A stretch of DNA of 63,823 nt, the filler included, from Octopus bimaculoides (taxonomy: Eukaryota): the NCBI RefSeq assembly GCF_001194135.2. It is 5 parts of 4 records of this genome, joined end to end, with 100 filler letters (N's around TTAATTAATTAA, not from the genome) between each part and the next. Parts side by side here need not be neighbours in the genome. Positions count along the whole stretch, not along the records: positions 59,934 to 63,823 come from NC_068981.1; 4 more parts are not named here. One strand, given 5' to 3'. The notes under the pieces are model-generated. The model ran no database searches and was not told where the DNA came from. It saw only the letters and a program-made list of their open reading frames with translations. Every line of letters starts with the position of its first letter. Position 1 is the first letter of the stretch. Below are positions 61,095-63,823 of the stretch, piece after piece. The position numbers were made by a program, and so were the translations under genes.

Positions 61095-62299
61095 AGAAAA
61101 CTGACAAAGTTTTCATTGTTTCATTACTGCAGGGGCTGAGTAGAAAAAGACAGACAAAACAGTGTTCCATAGCATACTCTGCTTCTTTACATTCACAGAT
61201 GGTTGGATCGGTCTTGTAGCTCCATCTAACCAAAGCAACTCTTGATCATTCCGTTCTTCTCAGGCAGTTGTCTTCCCTGAATTCATGATGCTTCTGAGCC
61301 AAGATAGAGGCCGCCAGCAGGAAGGAAAAGAGTGGATGGATTCCCGTGTCAATCGAAGGTGGGGGTCGTTCTCAAGCTTTCCACTCGGAAGTGGAGTCTA
61401 GTTTCTTCTCTTGATGATATTAGGGGCCGGATATGGCTGAGGAAGCTTCTTCGAGACTTCAATTTTGGGGCCGAGGATCGACATTCATAGAGGAGGAGGT
61501 TGTGTTCCTCACCAGTAACCTTTGTCATCACGCCAGTTCAAATGGCCACTTCCCTTCTGATATCAGCAAGGGCAGTGACTCCGAAAAGGTGTAGGTTGTT
61601 TGTGTTGGCGGGCTTCATGTAACTGGTGACCAGGTGGAAAGTGATTTTCAACGCTGGGTCGTGTTTCTTAGTCTGTGCTCTCTCAGGCAGGATATGCATT
61701 CTCTGCCGAGAAATAGATCAAGACCAGAACAGTAGATCTAAATGTGTGCTGTGGATTCCCATTTGGAGTCGACAGTTTTTGTTATTTTGAAAACCAAATT
61801 TCGATTTGGTATTTTTGATGTGTTCCTTAAAAATGAGAATGTGGTCCAAGGTAACTGGGTGGGTGCAGTGCTCCATCTTTGAGATTGATTGGCTTCACGA
61901 TTCATGATATAGAACGAGCAGACTCGAATCTTTACAGGGTTAGCATGTTGATGGTTACATCCGTAATAAGCGAGTAGTTCACCTAGGAATACGATGAAGT
62001 TTGTTTCTACTGCTTCAAACTCTCTAGGAATATTACACTGAGGTCGTCTACGTAGATGAACTGCAAAGTTTTCTGGTCCATTGACTGATCATTAGTGTAG
62101 ATGTAATATAATTGTGGAAGTCAGTACACTACATTGAATAAGATATTACGTTGTCGTTGCCAGTGACTTTGCCTGTTTTTCAAGACAACGAAGAAGCATT
62201 TATCTTTCAGGAGTATCCTTAATGAAGTTTGGAAGTGCCAGATTTTTATCCATTCCAAAATCTTTTTAAGAGAGGCGAATCAAGATAGAAGCATTTGTA
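61095..62299 (-). mobile_element. Decayed Ingi/Vingi-like (I-group) LINE: RT through C-terminal Cys motif
   Basis: Minus frames read YYIYTNDQ...FIYVDDL (YVDD at 62043-62054); ELLAYY...ANP; LDHILIFKEHIKNTK; MKPANTNNLHL...DIRREVA; KLKSRRSFL; and RWSYKTDPTICECKE...EHCFVC. Many stops and frameshifts. Confidence 0.78.
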
Positions 62300-63139
62300 T
62301 CGCCGAGTTGAAAGACGATACATACATACATACATACATACATACATTCATCATCTAATGCACACAGTATAAAGATACGAGCTACTAATAGTTTCTTGCT
62401 GTGGAAACACGTGTCAGACAGGTTTTCATAACACACCTTGTGTCTTCATGCAATTTCTTCGGGCTCTGAGCACATGGTCTGTTCTAGCTTGTATCTTAAT
62501 CTTATGTATAGTAAATTGTATTTATTTCTCACTGGATGGACTACTTTGTCTGTTAATCTTACCTTAATGGAAGACAGTAATATATANNNNNNNNNNNNNN
62601 NNNNNNNNNNNNNNNNNNNNNNNNNNNNNNNNNNNNNNNNNNNNNNNNNNNNNNNNNNNNNNNNNNNNNNNNNNNNNNNNNNNNNNNNNNNNNNNNNNNN
62701 NNNNNNNNNNNNNNNNNNNNNNNNNNNNNNNNNNNNNNNNNNNNNNNNNNNNNNNNNNNNNNNNNNNNNNNNNNNNNNNNNNNNNNNNNNNNNNNNNNNN
62801 NNNNNNNNNNNNNNNNNNNNNNNNNNNNNNNNNNNNNNNNNNNNNNNNNNNNNNNNNNNNNNNNNNNNNNNNNNNNNNNNNNNNNNNNNNNNNNNNNNNN
62901 NNNNNNNNNNNNNNNNNNNNNNNNNNNNNNNNNNNNNNNNNNNNNNNNNNNNNNNNNNNNNNNNNNNNNNNNNNNNNNNNNNNNNNNNNNNNNNNNNNNN
63001 NNNNNNNNNNNNNNNNNNNNNNNNNNNNNNNNNNNNNNNNNNNNNNNNNNNNNNNNNNNNNNNNNNNNNNNNNNNNNNNNNNNNNNNNNNNNNNNNNNNN
63101 NNNNNNNNNNNNNNNNNNNNNNNNNNNNNNNNNTAAAGG

Positions 63140-63475
63140 ATTCTAATCGAATAAATCGATTCCAGTACTTTTGTTTTTAAATCTGGTACTTATTCTATCG
63201 GGTTCTTTTGCCGAACCGTTAGCTTATGGGGACGTAAAAAAGCAACACCGGTTGTCAAGCGGCGTTGGAGAACAAATAAGAACAAAAAGACACACACACA
63301 CACACAAGTGAGTGTATATGTATGTTCAGTTTCCTCCTACCGTATCCACCCACAAGGTTTAGTCGGCCGGGGGGGGGGGCTATAGTAGAAGGCACATACC
63401 AAAGCTGACACGCAGTGGGACTGAACCCAGAACCATGTGGCTGGGATACAAATTTATTACCACACACCTACGCCT
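63140..63475 (-). mobile_element. SINE family A
   Basis: Reverse complement co-linear with 3931-4320; head AGGCGTAGG. Confidence 0.85.
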
Positions 63476-63598
63476 GGAAAATATTTCAGTTCTTGCAAAA
63501 TTACAACCCTAACTATTTTGTGAACAATATCAATGCTCACGATTGTTACTTTTCCAAATGTATAAATCGGTTCTAATTCTAGCGAAATTACAAATCAT

Positions 63599-63757
63599 AG
63601 GCGTAGGCGTGGCTGTGTGGTAAGAAATTTGTTTCGCAACTACATGGTTCCGGGTTCAGTCCTACAGCGTAACGCCTTAGGCAAATGTCTTCTATAACTT
63701 CGGGCCGACCAAAGCCTTGTGAGTGGATTTGTTAGACGGAACTGGAAGAAGTCTGTC

Positions 63758-63762
<5 letters not shown>
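63599..63762 (+). mobile_element. SINE family A, 5' half running into (TG)n
   Basis: AGGCGTAGGCGTGGCTGTGTGGTAAGAA...TTCGGGCCGACCAAAGCCTTGTGAGTGGATTTG. Confidence 0.85.

Positions 63763-63823
<61 letters not shown>

Noticed and set aside
16-63823. Most ORFs in the supplied track (poly-YI, HT, CV, poly-N/I/L/S, and long X-filled ORFs)
   Set aside because: They are translations of microsatellites or span N gaps; there is no domain content.

Overview
AT-rich, microsatellite-saturated, gap-ridden eukaryotic DNA. It is almost certainly from an octopus (inferred from the SINE families and repeat landscape). No intact host protein-coding gene, tRNA/rRNA gene or CRISPR array can be supported, and nearly all ORFs in the track are microsatellite or N-gap artefacts. 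Four identical 100-bp artificial linkers (44N-TTAATTAATTAA-44N) show the window is five separately assembled pieces: 1-31389, 31490-42458, 42559-53204, 53305-59833 and 59934-63823. The interpretable content is a layered mobilome. It includes a near-complete but dead IR/DR Tc1 (DD34E) transposon at 53331-54910 and fragments of four non-LTR groups: RTE, Tx1/L1, R4/Dong and Ingi/Vingi-like. It also holds at least three tRNA-type SINE families (two copies with 16-bp TSDs), piggyBac- and hAT-like MITEs, several minisatellites and decayed hammerhead-like motifs that may mark Penelope termini. The most interesting second-look items are: a fold-back RTE 5' end; an inverted Tx1 insertion whose 3' end twice abuts (TATC)n; an R4/Dong remnant ending in (TAA)n; a 66-bp higher-order VNTR in an RTE 3' UTR; a 42-bp frame-preserving minisatellite; a CpG-retaining YY1/CCAAT island; and a strong CpG-decay contrast between the first scaffold and the rest. 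I found no clear novel multi-gene system.
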